Positions 51,048 through 60,760 are shown, numbered from the stretch's first letter. The stretch: DNA of 64,000 bases from a bacterium (GCA_017616555.1 JAFZXZ010000016.1:24642-88641); one strand, 5' to 3'. Made by a program: numbers and translations. Notes: generated by a model not told the origin, from the letters alone.

Positions 51048-53707
51048 CAGACTAAGTGTCTCCTAATGCCAATTAAAAATAAAACCAGCAAACCCAAAAG
51101 CCAGCAAGGCTCCGGAACATCGTTCTCGACCAATTCGAAAACATGCCAATCCAATCTCTCAAAAGCTTGAGCATAAGGTTTGAGCTTGTATTCTTCCGTC
51201 GAGACTCTCCTTTGCCCAATGCCGTCGAAAGTCAGCAAAAGTCCCAGCTTCGCCCCTTCAACACAGGGGAAGCAGTTGGTCGCGTCTTCATCAGGCCAGC
51301 AGGTATAGCCTCTGATACTTCCAAGATCGCAGGGAATCTTTATCTCCGCAATAAAACCGCCGTCGTCTGTCAAAACTTTCTTGACCTTTGCCCCAGTCGG
51401 CGACAAACCGCTCTTCCACTGCCCCATGCTCCTGGCGTCGTCCGAAGTGCTTATCAGCCTGTTGGCATACTGGTTGAAGATCTTGAAGCGGAAGGTGTCT
51501 CCGCCGAACCATGGTCCGCTCAAACCGGAACCGTCCAATTCTATGGTGATGCCGCAAAGCTTATCCGTCTTGAAAGCCAGATACAATCCGTCCTCGCGCC
51601 ATCCGGCGTAAGCCGTCACGTTGAAGTTCGTCACGTCTTTATTGCAGAGCGTTCCCTGCCCCCAGTAATTCCACTCTCCTTTTTCAATGACACCGTCGAA
51701 GTCAGGCTCCTCAAAAAGACTGGGGATCTTCTTATTGTAGCCTACGATCGGATACGGATCTTCGCCGTCCGCAAGGCCGTCGCCGTCCGTATCGGTATTG
51801 TTCGCGTCGCTGGGGAAATACAGCCCGGCGGTATATTCTTTAAGATCGCTCAGGCCATCGCCGTCGGTATCGCTTTCGGTAGGATCGGAATTCATTCTGA
51901 CTTCGTCGCCTGGCAATAAGAAATCGTCATCGCCTAAACCGTCATAATCGCTGTCGCGGTAAACATAACGCCCGTCCCACGGGCCCATCATGCCGAAATA
52001 ATTCGTGAATGGCCGCATGGCGTTGCCGCACCAGGAAAGGTCTTCCCCACCCGTGGCCCAGCCATAAATGGAATCATCCGGATGACTGCTGGCATATTCG
52101 TGATAACCGCTGTAAGAATACATCTGATCAACCGAGTGCATCATCTCATGCACCGTCACAAACGTCGTGCCGTCGCCGCCCCAGTTGCCCACCTGGGCGC
52201 ACATAACAGCACCCATGCCGGTGTAATAAGCGGATCCGCCGCCCCAGTTCCCGCCGCAGTGGCTCCAGCCGTTGCCGTAAGTGAAGACGAACATATCGTA
52301 CTCTTCATTCCAGATGCCCAAGGTCTTTCTGAGATCCCTGGCCATGATCCTGCCGCCCAGCTCCAATTCCCCGTATTCGTTGGTGTAGTTCCTGAAGAAA
52401 TCCGGTGCCGGCGGAATGATATTCCTGTAAACAGGATCGTATAAAAGCAAAAGCTGCGCATTGGAATTGCGGTAGTAGAATTCCTTGACCTGCGGATAAT
52501 AAATGTTGGTGTAATTGGCTGGCGGCGTATTGTTGCCCGCTCCCGTGTAGGCCGTCATCAGAATGTCCAGGCAGGGCACTTCGCCGTAAACGATAGGCAG
52601 ACTGTCCTGCGCGAAGAAACCCTTTACCGCAAAGACAGAATTCGTATCTTGGGAAGTCTTGGCGAACTCAAAAGTCAAAGAGCCAAGCCCGCCCTCCGAA
52701 ACGTAAACATCCGTAAAATTTTTATCCTCGCCGTTGCAGCCGAATTTCACCAATCTTCCGTTCTTCAAAAAACCGAAGGAAAAAACATTCTCTTCGACCA
52801 GTGCGGAAGTCGTCGCCAGAAGCTCATCATCTTTCATCAAGCTTCCCTCTTCCCCAATCTGAAGCTCTAGCAAAGTTTCCTCGCCAGAAAGGACTCGCAG
52901 ATTCCCCTGCGCTCCACCCGCCGATACGCTTCCGAATGTCAACTCCAGACCGCTGGAAAGAGAACTGCAATCGACATCAAAGCCTACCGCTTCACCGCCC
53001 ACAACGCAATCTGAATCGTCCCTTAAAACTACGCCATGTTTTTCAGCTTCTTCCCTGAACTTCACATTGTCAAGATAAAATCTCTCGAGACCGCTCTCAA
53101 CTTTAAAATCAAGATCTCCAGATTCCAAATCCGAAGCCAGCGCGAATCCCGCCAGCTCCACATCCTTATACGGCGTCTTGATTTTCAGCAGCCGATCATG
53201 AGTTAAAAGCAATTCCAGATGCTGCCACTTCCTGTGAAAGAGCGCCTGTACGCCCGGCAGTTCCCGCCAAGCGGGAGCATCGCCAAAATACGAACCGTAA
53301 ACTTCCAAAACAATCGCATTGGCGCCGACCTGCCTCAAACGCAGCAAAGGCGTGTCCCCTAAACTCACCACCGCGCTCTTCTCCGATAGGTCCTCAGACA
53401 AAGTCGCGTAAAAATCAAAAACGATCCTTTGTTCCTTATCAGCATCAAAAGCCACCGTGCGGGAAAGCGACGATTCCCCTGTCATCTCCACGGAGCGCTT
53501 GCCATATTTGAACCAGACCGCCACGTTTATGCTGTTCGTAGTATCGACGACCTGCGTCTCGCTGACCAGAACGCTATCCGTGGCGCTCCAGCCGTCCTGT
53601 CCGTTTAAAGCCCCGGGAGAAATATTCTCAAAATTGAAATACGCCGCCTCGCCGAAGGCGCCCAGCGCACTCAAAACCAGCAACAGAAAAAATAAGATCC
53701 TCTTCAT
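51047..53707 (-). CDS. multidomain exported PEP-CTERM protein with HExxH motif and Ca-binding DxDxDG repeats
   Basis: signal peptide; VHEMMH; DSDYDG, DTDGDGLSD, DTDGDGLADGED; PDFDGVIEKGEW (CBM9-like start); VPEP-TM-RRH. Confidence 0.8.
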   Translation of the reverse strand: MKRILFFLLLVLSALGAFGEAAYFNFENISPGALNGQDGWSATDSVLVSETQVVDTTNSINVAVWFKYGKRSVEMTGESSLSRTVAFDADKEQRIVFDFYATLSEDLSEKSAVVSLGDTPLLRLRQVGANAIVLEVYGSYFGDAPAWRELPGVQALFHRKWQHLELLLTHDRLLKIKTPYKDVELAGFALASDLESGDLDFKVESGLERFYLDNVKFREEAEKHGVVLRDDSDCVVGGEAVGFDVDCSSLSSGLELTFGSVSAGGAQGNLRVLSGEETLLELQIGEEGSLMKDDELLATTSALVEENVFSFGFLKNGRLVKFGCNGEDKNFTDVYVSEGGLGSLTFEFAKTSQDTNSVFAVKGFFAQDSLPIVYGEVPCLDILMTAYTGAGNNTPPANYTNIYYPQVKEFYYRNSNAQLLLLYDPVYRNIIPPAPDFFRNYTNEYGELELGGRIMARDLRKTLGIWNEEYDMFVFTYGNGWSHCGGNWGGGSAYYTGMGAVMCAQVGNWGGDGTTFVTVHEMMHSVDQMYSYSGYHEYASSHPDDSIYGWATGGEDLSWCGNAMRPFTNYFGMMGPWDGRYVYRDSDYDGLGDDDFLLPGDEVRMNSDPTESDTDGDGLSDLKEYTAGLYFPSDANNTDTDGDGLADGEDPYPIVGYNKKIPSLFEEPDFDGVIEKGEWNYWGQGTLCNKDVTNFNVTAYAGWREDGLYLAFKTDKLCGITIELDGSGLSGPWFGGDTFRFKIFNQYANRLISTSDDARSMGQWKSGLSPTGAKVKKVLTDDGGFIAEIKIPCDLGSIRGYTCWPDEDATNCFPCVEGAKLGLLLTFDGIGQRRVSTEEYKLKPYAQAFERLDWHVFELVENDVPEPCWLLGLLVLFLIGIRRHLV

Positions 53708-53756
53708 CGATCCCTCATTATCATTAGAAATTCTTCAATAACCAACATTCATTATA

Positions 53757-53787
53757 ACAAAAAAAGAGCGCCATTTAGGGCGCTCTT
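53757..53787 (-). terminator. rho-independent terminator after the FGE-domain gene
   Basis: AAGAGCGCC-CTAAAT-GGCGCTCTT followed by T run. Confidence 0.8.
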
Positions 53788-53810
53788 AATTGATTCGGAA
53801 ATGAACCAAA

Positions 53811-55517
53811 TCACTGTACCAGGAAGACTCGGAAGCCGTAGCCGCTGTAGTCGCCGAAGTTGGGCTTGCTGTATTCGCGGGTAGCCGAGCGGCAGTCGGC
53901 AGCGGGGCTGTAGCAGCCTCCGCCTCTAAGCGTGCGATAAGTTCCTGTTCTCGGGCCTTTGGGATCAGTAACTTCTTCTGACCCTAAATTAGCCTTATAC
54001 CAGTCGAGACACCATTCCCAGACGTTGCCGTGCATGTCGTAAAGGCCATAGTAATTGGGTTTGTATGTGCCCACAAAGTTATGCGCCTGATTTATCGTCC
54101 CTTCTTCGGGATTGCCGCCGCCGTCGTACCAATAGCGAGCCAATTCGTCCAAATCAAGATCCTTAGTCGTGCTGGTAAGATTATAGCCGCTGTTCAAGGC
54201 CGAATCTGTCATACCCCTGCAGGCGAACTCCCACTGCGCTTCGGTGGGAAGGTCAAAGATCAAACCGGTTTTTGTGCGGAGAATTCCGAAGAAAGAATCT
54301 TCGTCAACTCTATTGTTGGCGGGCCAGTTGGCGCCTTTTTCAGCGCCGCGAAGCATATTGTAAGATACTCTCTCCACCGGGCGAGTGACACCTTTGAACA
54401 GAGAAGGATTAGTGCCTGTCACCAGTTCGTACTGTTTCTGGGTGACTTCGAAAATACCGGCGTAGATAACTGGGGTCAACACTACTTGATGCCTGACTTC
54501 GTCGTCTTTTTTGCCCAGTTCTCCATCGCGGCTGCCAATCATAGAGCCCATAGGCTCGATCTTCTTTAAAACTAGTTTAGTTTTCTTGTGCTCCAGCGTC
54601 CAACCGCCTTCCGGCTCATTGTCGAGACTTGTGACCGGGAAACTAGCCGCTTCTGGTCCTCCTGAAAGATCGATCACAATATATTCGCCGCTGGGAGGGA
54701 GCGCCTGCTCGCTAGCTTCAACTTTGATAGCCAAATCATCGGTGACCGTATCATAGAAACTTTCATCCGGCGTCCATAAAGTTTCATGCCATCCTGTTCC
54801 GACAACAGGCCCCTCCGCTCCTTCTTTGCTTAAGGTTCCTCTTTCCGACAAATCAAAAAGATGCTCGCCAGAAAATCCGTCAAAATCAAAGCAGCCATAA
54901 ATCCTGATATTGAATGTAGGGTTAGCGTTATCGGAGGTAAGATAATAGTGAATAACCACGCTTCGATCAAAAGGCCAGTTCTGCCGACAATTGACCTGTT
55001 CGACCGCTCCTTCGGCCTCGGCACTGAAAAAACCTAACGTAGCGATCGTCAAAGCAGCGATCAGGCCTTTAATACGCTTGCGCAAGAAAATCGCGCCAAT
55101 TACAGCAATTGCGAACAGGCCCACGGGCTCCGGCAATATCGTAATCATACGACTATATTCCTTTGTTTCAAACTCCGTCTCTATCTTTTCTTTGAGCACA
55201 TATGTGTCATCGGTGGGAAAATCCTTGTATTTTTCATCAGTATAATCCCAGCAAAAAGCGCCTCCCCAATATCCAAAGGAAGAAGCGTAAAGTTGGGCCC
55301 ATATTTCCGGATTTTCCTGGTCTTCCACAGTTATTACAATAGACTTCGGTTGACCTTCCGCCAGGGAGCTGCTGTAGGTAATGGGAGCGTCCGGCCTCAA
55401 CAGGATCGGTTCATCCGTGATCTGACTCCCGTCAAAAGAAATTCCATAACACCAACCGTCGGCAAAAGCCGAAACGCAGAAAAGCGCCGCGATGCTGAGT
55501 AAAATTGCCTTTTTCAT
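53811..55517 (-). CDS. exported FGE-sulfatase (SUMF1/CLec-fold) domain protein with internal PEP-CTERM and second signal peptide
   Basis: FEVTQKQY, RPVERVSY, LPTEAQWEFACRG, GLYDMHGNVWEWCLD, LRGG, GFRV; LPEP-TM-RKR at residue ~129; start ATG 55517 after GGGAGA. Confidence 0.88.
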   Translation of the reverse strand: MKKAILLSIAALFCVSAFADGWCYGISFDGSQITDEPILLRPDAPITYSSSLAEGQPKSIVITVEDQENPEIWAQLYASSFGYWGGAFCWDYTDEKYKDFPTDDTYVLKEKIETEFETKEYSRMITILPEPVGLFAIAVIGAIFLRKRIKGLIAALTIATLGFFSAEAEGAVEQVNCRQNWPFDRSVVIHYYLTSDNANPTFNIRIYGCFDFDGFSGEHLFDLSERGTLSKEGAEGPVVGTGWHETLWTPDESFYDTVTDDLAIKVEASEQALPPSGEYIVIDLSGGPEAASFPVTSLDNEPEGGWTLEHKKTKLVLKKIEPMGSMIGSRDGELGKKDDEVRHQVVLTPVIYAGIFEVTQKQYELVTGTNPSLFKGVTRPVERVSYNMLRGAEKGANWPANNRVDEDSFFGILRTKTGLIFDLPTEAQWEFACRGMTDSALNSGYNLTSTTKDLDLDELARYWYDGGGNPEEGTINQAHNFVGTYKPNYYGLYDMHGNVWEWCLDWYKANLGSEEVTDPKGPRTGTYRTLRGGGCYSPAADCRSATREYSKPNFGDYSGYGFRVFLVQ

Positions 55518-55576
55518 TTTATATCTCCCAAAGTGGTACATTTGCTTTATTTTATCAAATTTTACTCAGAGAAAGA

Positions 55577-55702
55577 AGCATACACCCCTAAGCACGCTTG
55601 CATCGTGCGAACGCAGCATATACCCCTCGCTCACGGACTACGCTTGCATGGCCTTGATTCGCGTCCTCCGTGAGTTCGCTTAGGGGTACATGCTGCGTTC
55701 GC
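55577..55702. repeat. REP/MITE-like palindromic intergenic element
   Basis: 20/21 inverted repeat 55607-55627 vs 55682-55702, inner 8-bp IR 55630-55637 vs 55667-55674, partial third arm 55577-55593. Confidence 0.7.
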
Positions 55703-55715
55703 CTGTTTTGCTGAA

Positions 55716-56504
55716 CTAAAGCTCAGTTTCGCTTTGCGGAAGCTTGTGCCCGGAAATCAGCGCGGCCGCGAACTTCCACAAATACCAGGGATTGTACTTG
55801 AAATAGCGGACGAAGAGCCTTCTCGGCTCCATAAGTAAGCGGTAGAACCATTCCATGCCGATCTTCTGGAGGAAGGCGGGCGCCTGGGAGGTCTTGTCGG
55901 CGTAAAAAGCGAAGGCCGCGCCAACGGCCGCCATGATTGGAACGTTCAGTTTCGGAGCGATCTCGTCTATGAAGACCTCCTGCTTGGGGGCGCCAAGGCA
56001 AACCCAGACGATGTCGGCTTGGGAGTCGTTGATCTGGCTGATAAGTTCTGTTTGCTCTTCCTCAGTGAGAGGCCTGAAGGGCGGGATATATGTGCCGACC
56101 ACGTTAAGATTCGGGATCTCTTTTTTGGCTTTTTCTAAGAGAGCGTCAACGGTTTCCTGCGTGCTGCCGTAGAAGAAGTGTTTGATTTCTCCAGGGCGGT
56201 AGTTCAGGGCTTTTTCAAAGAAGGTCGGGCCGTAAACCCTATCCTCCATGGTGATCTTGCCAAGTTTTCTGATAGCCCAGACCAGGGGCATGCCGTCGGT
56301 GACAGAGAGCGCTTTTGGATGGTTGACAGCCTTTTTCAACTTCTCGTTCTCTAAGGTCATCATGACCACATGGACATTGCAGAAATTGTAGCGGTAGGGT
56401 TCGGCGGGCTTCTTTTCTATTATCTCGTCTGTGATCCTAAGAAGCTCGGCGTAGGTGGTGACGGTAAGCTCGGCGCCGAAAAGATTGGCTCTTTTTATTT
56501 TCAT
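55716..56504 (-). CDS. WecB/TagA/CpsF-family glycosyltransferase
   Basis: NVH, TDGMPLVW, RVYGP, FFYG, VCLGAPKQE, VGAAF, MEWFYRL..EPRRL. Confidence 0.93.
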   Translation of the reverse strand: MKIKRANLFGAELTVTTYAELLRITDEIIEKKPAEPYRYNFCNVHVVMMTLENEKLKKAVNHPKALSVTDGMPLVWAIRKLGKITMEDRVYGPTFFEKALNYRPGEIKHFFYGSTQETVDALLEKAKKEIPNLNVVGTYIPPFRPLTEEEQTELISQINDSQADIVWVCLGAPKQEVFIDEIAPKLNVPIMAAVGAAFAFYADKTSQAPAFLQKIGMEWFYRLLMEPRRLFVRYFKYNPWYLWKFAAALISGHKLPQSETEL

Positions 56505-57637
56505 ACTTTGAGCTTCTCCTCCATCAAAGCTACAGCCTGCCTGAAGCCCTCGGCCATCTTATCGTAGGTCCAGCCGGCGATCTTAGTTTTGGCGTTTTTG
56601 GAAAGCGTTTCCCTGAGTTCCTTATCTTCAATGAGTTTTTCGATGGCTTGGGCCAGTTTTATGGGATCTCTTTCCGGAACAATGAAGCCTGTCTTGCCGT
56701 CTTCCACCAGGCCGCCTGCGGCGGCGCCCACGGAATCCGAGGCGACGACCACGCAGCCCTGATTCATGCATTCGTTGACCACGAGGCCCCAGGGTTCCTT
56801 GAAGGTCGCGGTGGTCACAGAAGGAACGACAACGATATCGAACAGGCTGTAATAAAGGTAAAGTTCCTCGTTAGGAACATAATCGGCAAAATTGATCTTC
56901 AGATCGTTGGCTTTGGCGAAGTCCTCACACTTAGTTTTTTCCGGACCCTTGCCTATCATAAGCAATTGTGTGTTTTTGGGAAGCATGGTCAGCGCTTTCA
57001 AAAGATCATTTAGACCTTTGTCTTCCACGAAACGGCCCACGAAAAGAAGTTTGGGATCATTGTTGTTGATTGCGTACTTTTCCTTGATCGCCTTTATTTT
57101 TTCTTCTTCCGGTGCTTTCGCATAGAGTTCGTTGTCGGCGGTGTTCTGAGCGATGAAGATCTTGTCAGATCTCATGCCGCGGGAAACGAGGTAGGCTTTG
57201 ATGTGAGTGCCGTAAACGATAGCGAAATCGGCGTGGCGGTAGATGAAATCAGTAAGCGGCCTAGTAATAGTGTGGAAACTCGTTCTGGGATGGTACCAGA
57301 GGCCGGTCCAGATACCGAAGGGAATGCCCCTTGATCTGGCGATAATATAGCCGAGAAAAATGAAGGCGGCGCCGTTGAAGCCCTGTATGATTCCTTGCGT
57401 TTCTTTGGAGAAAAGCACTTTGATGTAGCGCCAGATTATGGTCAGCTTGTTGGCGCCGTCGTCGGCAAGATAGATGTTTTCCGCTTTTTTCTCGCCCTGA
57501 GCGTTGCTGGACTCCCAGTATTTTTCAGTGCCGGCGGAATAGAAGAGGATCTTTAGTTTCAGTTCGTCATTCAGGATCTTAAAGAGCTTGATCCTGTAGA
57601 AGGGGCAGAAGTTGGTGACGAGCAGGAAATTTTTCAT
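56501..57637 (-). CDS. GT4-family glycosyltransferase
   Basis: LLFVGRF...KG, VVPS...EPWGLVVNECM, GFIVP. Confidence 0.9.
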   Translation of the reverse strand: MKNFLLVTNFCPFYRIKLFKILNDELKLKILFYSAGTEKYWESSNAQGEKKAENIYLADDGANKLTIIWRYIKVLFSKETQGIIQGFNGAAFIFLGYIIARSRGIPFGIWTGLWYHPRTSFHTITRPLTDFIYRHADFAIVYGTHIKAYLVSRGMRSDKIFIAQNTADNELYAKAPEEEKIKAIKEKYAINNNDPKLLFVGRFVEDKGLNDLLKALTMLPKNTQLLMIGKGPEKTKCEDFAKANDLKINFADYVPNEELYLYYSLFDIVVVPSVTTATFKEPWGLVVNECMNQGCVVVASDSVGAAAGGLVEDGKTGFIVPERDPIKLAQAIEKLIEDKELRETLSKNAKTKIAGWTYDKMAEGFRQAVALMEEKLKV

Positions 57638-58842
57638 AGCTCGTCGTCCAGCATGCCGGGAAGCAGGAGAGGTTCCCCGCCGTTTCTTTTGGCGATGGCG
57701 TAATTGTAGATCTCGGTAAGGCGGGCCAGGTTCGCTTCCTTGGAAAATTCTTTTTCACCGTAAGCGGCGACTGTTTCGCGCATGGAGATTATCTCTTCTT
57801 TCTTGGCGTAAAGATCCTTGATGCGTTCTTTCAGTTCCTCGACGTTGCCGGGCGTGAAAAGCCAGCCTACGCCGGGAGGCAGAAGTGCGGGAAGACCGCC
57901 GATGCGGGAGGCCAGAACAGGCGTTCCCAATCTCAGGGAGTCGATGACGGTCACGGGACAGTTCTCATAGCATTCCGAAGGGAAGACTGTGACGAGCGCC
58001 CTGGCCATGTAGTAGTTGCAGACGTCGGGCGGCTGGTAGCCAAGGAAAGTCACGTTGGGATTGGGATGATCCTTCATATAGGCCGCCACTTCTTCGTCCA
58101 GGGGGCCGTTGCCGATCATCTTGGCGGGAACGTTTGATCCTTCCAAAGCTTTCAGCATCGTCATGATGCCTTTCTCCTGGGAGAAGCGTCCGACGAAGAG
58201 GAAATAGCCCTCGCACTTCGCTTCCGGATCGGGCGTAGCGTCGGAGCCGTTGGGCTTGGCGCAGACCGTGCCGAAACCGGCATGGCGGTATAGACGGGCG
58301 GAAAACTTGTTCAGGGTGATTATGCAGTCGATCTTCTTAAATGTGCCGAGAATGTAATGGAAGCGCAATATCGAGGCGTACCAAAGGGTGTACAGTTTGC
58401 TGTTCCTTAGGCAGCGGCGGGATATGCATCTCAGCATGCTCTGGTTGGGCTTCCTTTCGCAAGGCCTGCCGAAGCAGAAGAGCAAGCCGTTCGGACAGAA
58501 GAAACGGAAATTGTGAACGGTCTGCACGATCGGCACTTTTTTGACATGCAAAACAAGGTAGATGGTCGGACTGAGCAGCGGGAAAACGTTGTGGACCTGG
58601 GCGACGTCCGGTTTTTCCTTGTCGATTATGTCGCTCAGTTCGTGCGCCAGCTTCCAGTTGTAAAAACCCCCCAGGAAAGCGCAAAGCTTTTTCCAGGGTG
58701 AATAATCGGCGATGAGAGCGCTGTCTCTGAGGAAAGGAATGACCGTGTGCCCGGCCTGGCGGAGCATCTCAAGTTCCTTTTGGGCAACGGCGTCCTCGCC
58801 GCCTCTTTGGGAATAGAAATTATGACAGAATAAGATCTTCAA
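57634..58842 (-). CDS. GT4-family glycosyltransferase
   Basis: HNFY..RGGE, VHN, FVGRFSQEKG, PSECYENCP. Confidence 0.9.
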   Translation of the reverse strand: MKILFCHNFYSQRGGEDAVAQKELEMLRQAGHTVIPFLRDSALIADYSPWKKLCAFLGGFYNWKLAHELSDIIDKEKPDVAQVHNVFPLLSPTIYLVLHVKKVPIVQTVHNFRFFCPNGLLFCFGRPCERKPNQSMLRCISRRCLRNSKLYTLWYASILRFHYILGTFKKIDCIITLNKFSARLYRHAGFGTVCAKPNGSDATPDPEAKCEGYFLFVGRFSQEKGIMTMLKALEGSNVPAKMIGNGPLDEEVAAYMKDHPNPNVTFLGYQPPDVCNYYMARALVTVFPSECYENCPVTVIDSLRLGTPVLASRIGGLPALLPPGVGWLFTPGNVEELKERIKDLYAKKEEIISMRETVAAYGEKEFSKEANLARLTEIYNYAIAKRNGGEPLLLPGMLDDEL

Positions 58843-58845
58843 AGC

Positions 58846-59571
58846 TTAGAGCTCGTCGGTCATTTCCAGACCTTCAATGGATGCGGGCATATTTCCAATG
58901 TCCGGACTCATCTGCACGATTATGTCGCGTCTGGCCTGGACCAAGACTTTCTTCACGGCGTCGTTGAAAAGCTGCATGCAGTAGGCGTCGCCGGCTTCCA
59001 GATAGTTTTTGTCCTTGCCTTCTTTCACTGCCTCGAAATCCTGCATGGCGTGGCGAATGACGAAGGAGTCCTTGTATTCGTACTTGCGGGCCATCACGCG
59101 CTTCTCGGCCAGAGTGTCGATCATGTCGACTCTAACGGCCACCCTGACGGTGTAGCGCATTCTCTTCCAGAGATTGTCGTCGCTGACTGTCGATTCCGGG
59201 GTGCCCATGACGTAAGCGTGATAGATCTCGCCGGCAACCCTGACGCTGCGCTCGGTCCCGGGGACGTAATTGGCGGAATCGACAACGTCTAAGCCGGCAT
59301 TGGAAAGCTCAAGCTGCAGAAGCCTGGTTATAGACTCGCTCAAGGGTTCCTCGAGGACGCCGTCTTCGCTGTAGAAAGCGCCGTCCAAAGGATCGGCCGG
59401 GCCGACGCGCTCCTGGCTCGGCCTGCGGTCTACTAGGTCTCTTACGGTTACGGTGACCTTGTTCTTGATGTCAAGGTCGCCGGGAGGATCCATGGCGTAT
59501 GTCACCGCGTATTTGTCAGCGCAGGCGCAAAGAAAAAGAGACGCCAGTATTGCAAGGAAAAGTTTACTCAT
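58846..59571 (-). CDS. hypothetical lipoprotein
   Basis: lipobox FLCAC; overlaps metK stop, abuts GT gene. Confidence 0.7.
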   Translation of the reverse strand: MSKLFLAILASLFLCACADKYAVTYAMDPPGDLDIKNKVTVTVRDLVDRRPSQERVGPADPLDGAFYSEDGVLEEPLSESITRLLQLELSNAGLDVVDSANYVPGTERSVRVAGEIYHAYVMGTPESTVSDDNLWKRMRYTVRVAVRVDMIDTLAEKRVMARKYEYKDSFVIRHAMQDFEAVKEGKDKNYLEAGDAYCMQLFNDAVKKVLVQARRDIIVQMSPDIGNMPASIEGLEMTDEL

Positions 59572-60760
59572 ATTTTTTGGCCTGTTCTTTTAAGGTCTGC
59601 GCCATGTCGGTCTTCTCCCAGGTGTAGCCCTGGTTCTCTATGCCGAAATGACCGTACTTGGCGGTTTTGAGATAAATGGGACGCAGAAGATCAAGTTTCT
59701 TTATGATGGCGGAAGGCCTCAGGTCGAAATTGTCTTTGACAAGTTTTTCGATGGCTCTGTCGCTGATCTTGCCGGTGCCGAAAGTGTTGACGTTCAGGGA
59801 AAGCGGCTCGGCTTTGCCGATCGCGTAGGAGACCTGGACTTCGCACTGCCTGGCCAGTCCTGCTTTGACGATGTTCTTGGCGATGTAGCGCATCATGTAG
59901 GCGGCGCTGCGGTCAACTTTAGAGGGATCTTTTCCGGAGAAGGAGCCGCCGCCGTGGCGCCCCATGCCGCCGTAAGTGTCGACAATAGTCTTGCGGCCGG
60001 TCAATCCGGCGTCGCCGTGCGGGCCGCCGATGACGAAACGGCCGGTGGGGTTGATGTGGATTATGGTGTTTTTATCCAGCATCTTCTTCGGGATGACTTT
60101 CTCTATGACTTCTTTCTTCAGAGTTTTGACGATCTCAGCCTGTTTGACCTTCGGGCCGTGCTGCGTGGAGATAACGATCGTATGGACTCTTTGGGGACGG
60201 CCGTCCGCAGAATATTCGATAGTGACCTGAGATTTGCTGTCAGGCCTCAGCCAGGCTATTTTTCCTTTCTGTCTAAGCTCGGTAAGCTTGTTGATTATGG
60301 CCCTGGCGTAAAAGATTGGCATCGGCATGAGCTGAGGAGTTTCCGTAGTGGCGTAACCGAACATCATGCCCTGGTCGCCGGCTCCCTGGTCTTTGCTGAT
60401 ACCGTCGGCGCCGAAAACTCCCTTGTTGATGTCAGGGGACTGCCTGTTTATGCAGGACATAACGGCGCAGGACTTGGTGTCAAAGCAAAGCTCGGGATCG
60501 TTGTAGCCTATTTCCTCTATAGTTTCTCTGGCGATCTTCTGATAATCAAGCGCGGCTTTGGTGGAAATTTCACCAAAAATAACAACCAGCCCGGTGGCAG
60601 CCATAACTTCGCAGGCTACGCGGCTGGATCTGTCCTGACGAAGCGCTTCGTCCAATATGGCGTCGGAAATTTGGTCGCAGACTTTGTCCGGGTGTCCCAT
60701 TGAGACACATTCGGAAGTGAAAAGATAATTCCCTTCCCGGCTCTTTTGATCTTTGGCCAT
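59564..60760 (-). CDS. metK: S-adenosylmethionine synthetase
   Basis: [44 protein letters not shown]. Confidence 0.98.
   Translation of the reverse strand: MAKDQKSREGNYLFTSECVSMGHPDKVCDQISDAILDEALRQDRSSRVACEVMAATGLVVIFGEISTKAALDYQKIARETIEEIGYNDPELCFDTKSCAVMSCINRQSPDINKGVFGADGISKDQGAGDQGMMFGYATTETPQLMPMPIFYARAIINKLTELRQKGKIAWLRPDSKSQVTIEYSADGRPQRVHTIVISTQHGPKVKQAEIVKTLKKEVIEKVIPKKMLDKNTIIHINPTGRFVIGGPHGDAGLTGRKTIVDTYGGMGRHGGGSFSGKDPSKVDRSAAYMMRYIAKNIVKAGLARQCEVQVSYAIGKAEPLSLNVNTFGTGKISDRAIEKLVKDNFDLRPSAIIKKLDLLRPIYLKTAKYGHFGIENQGYTWEKTDMAQTLKEQAKKYE

Noticed and set aside
55561-55715. intergenic element as the DGR template repeat for the FGE gene
   Set aside because: No AAC-rich tract and no similarity to 53832-53924; I saw no TR or RT anywhere in the window.
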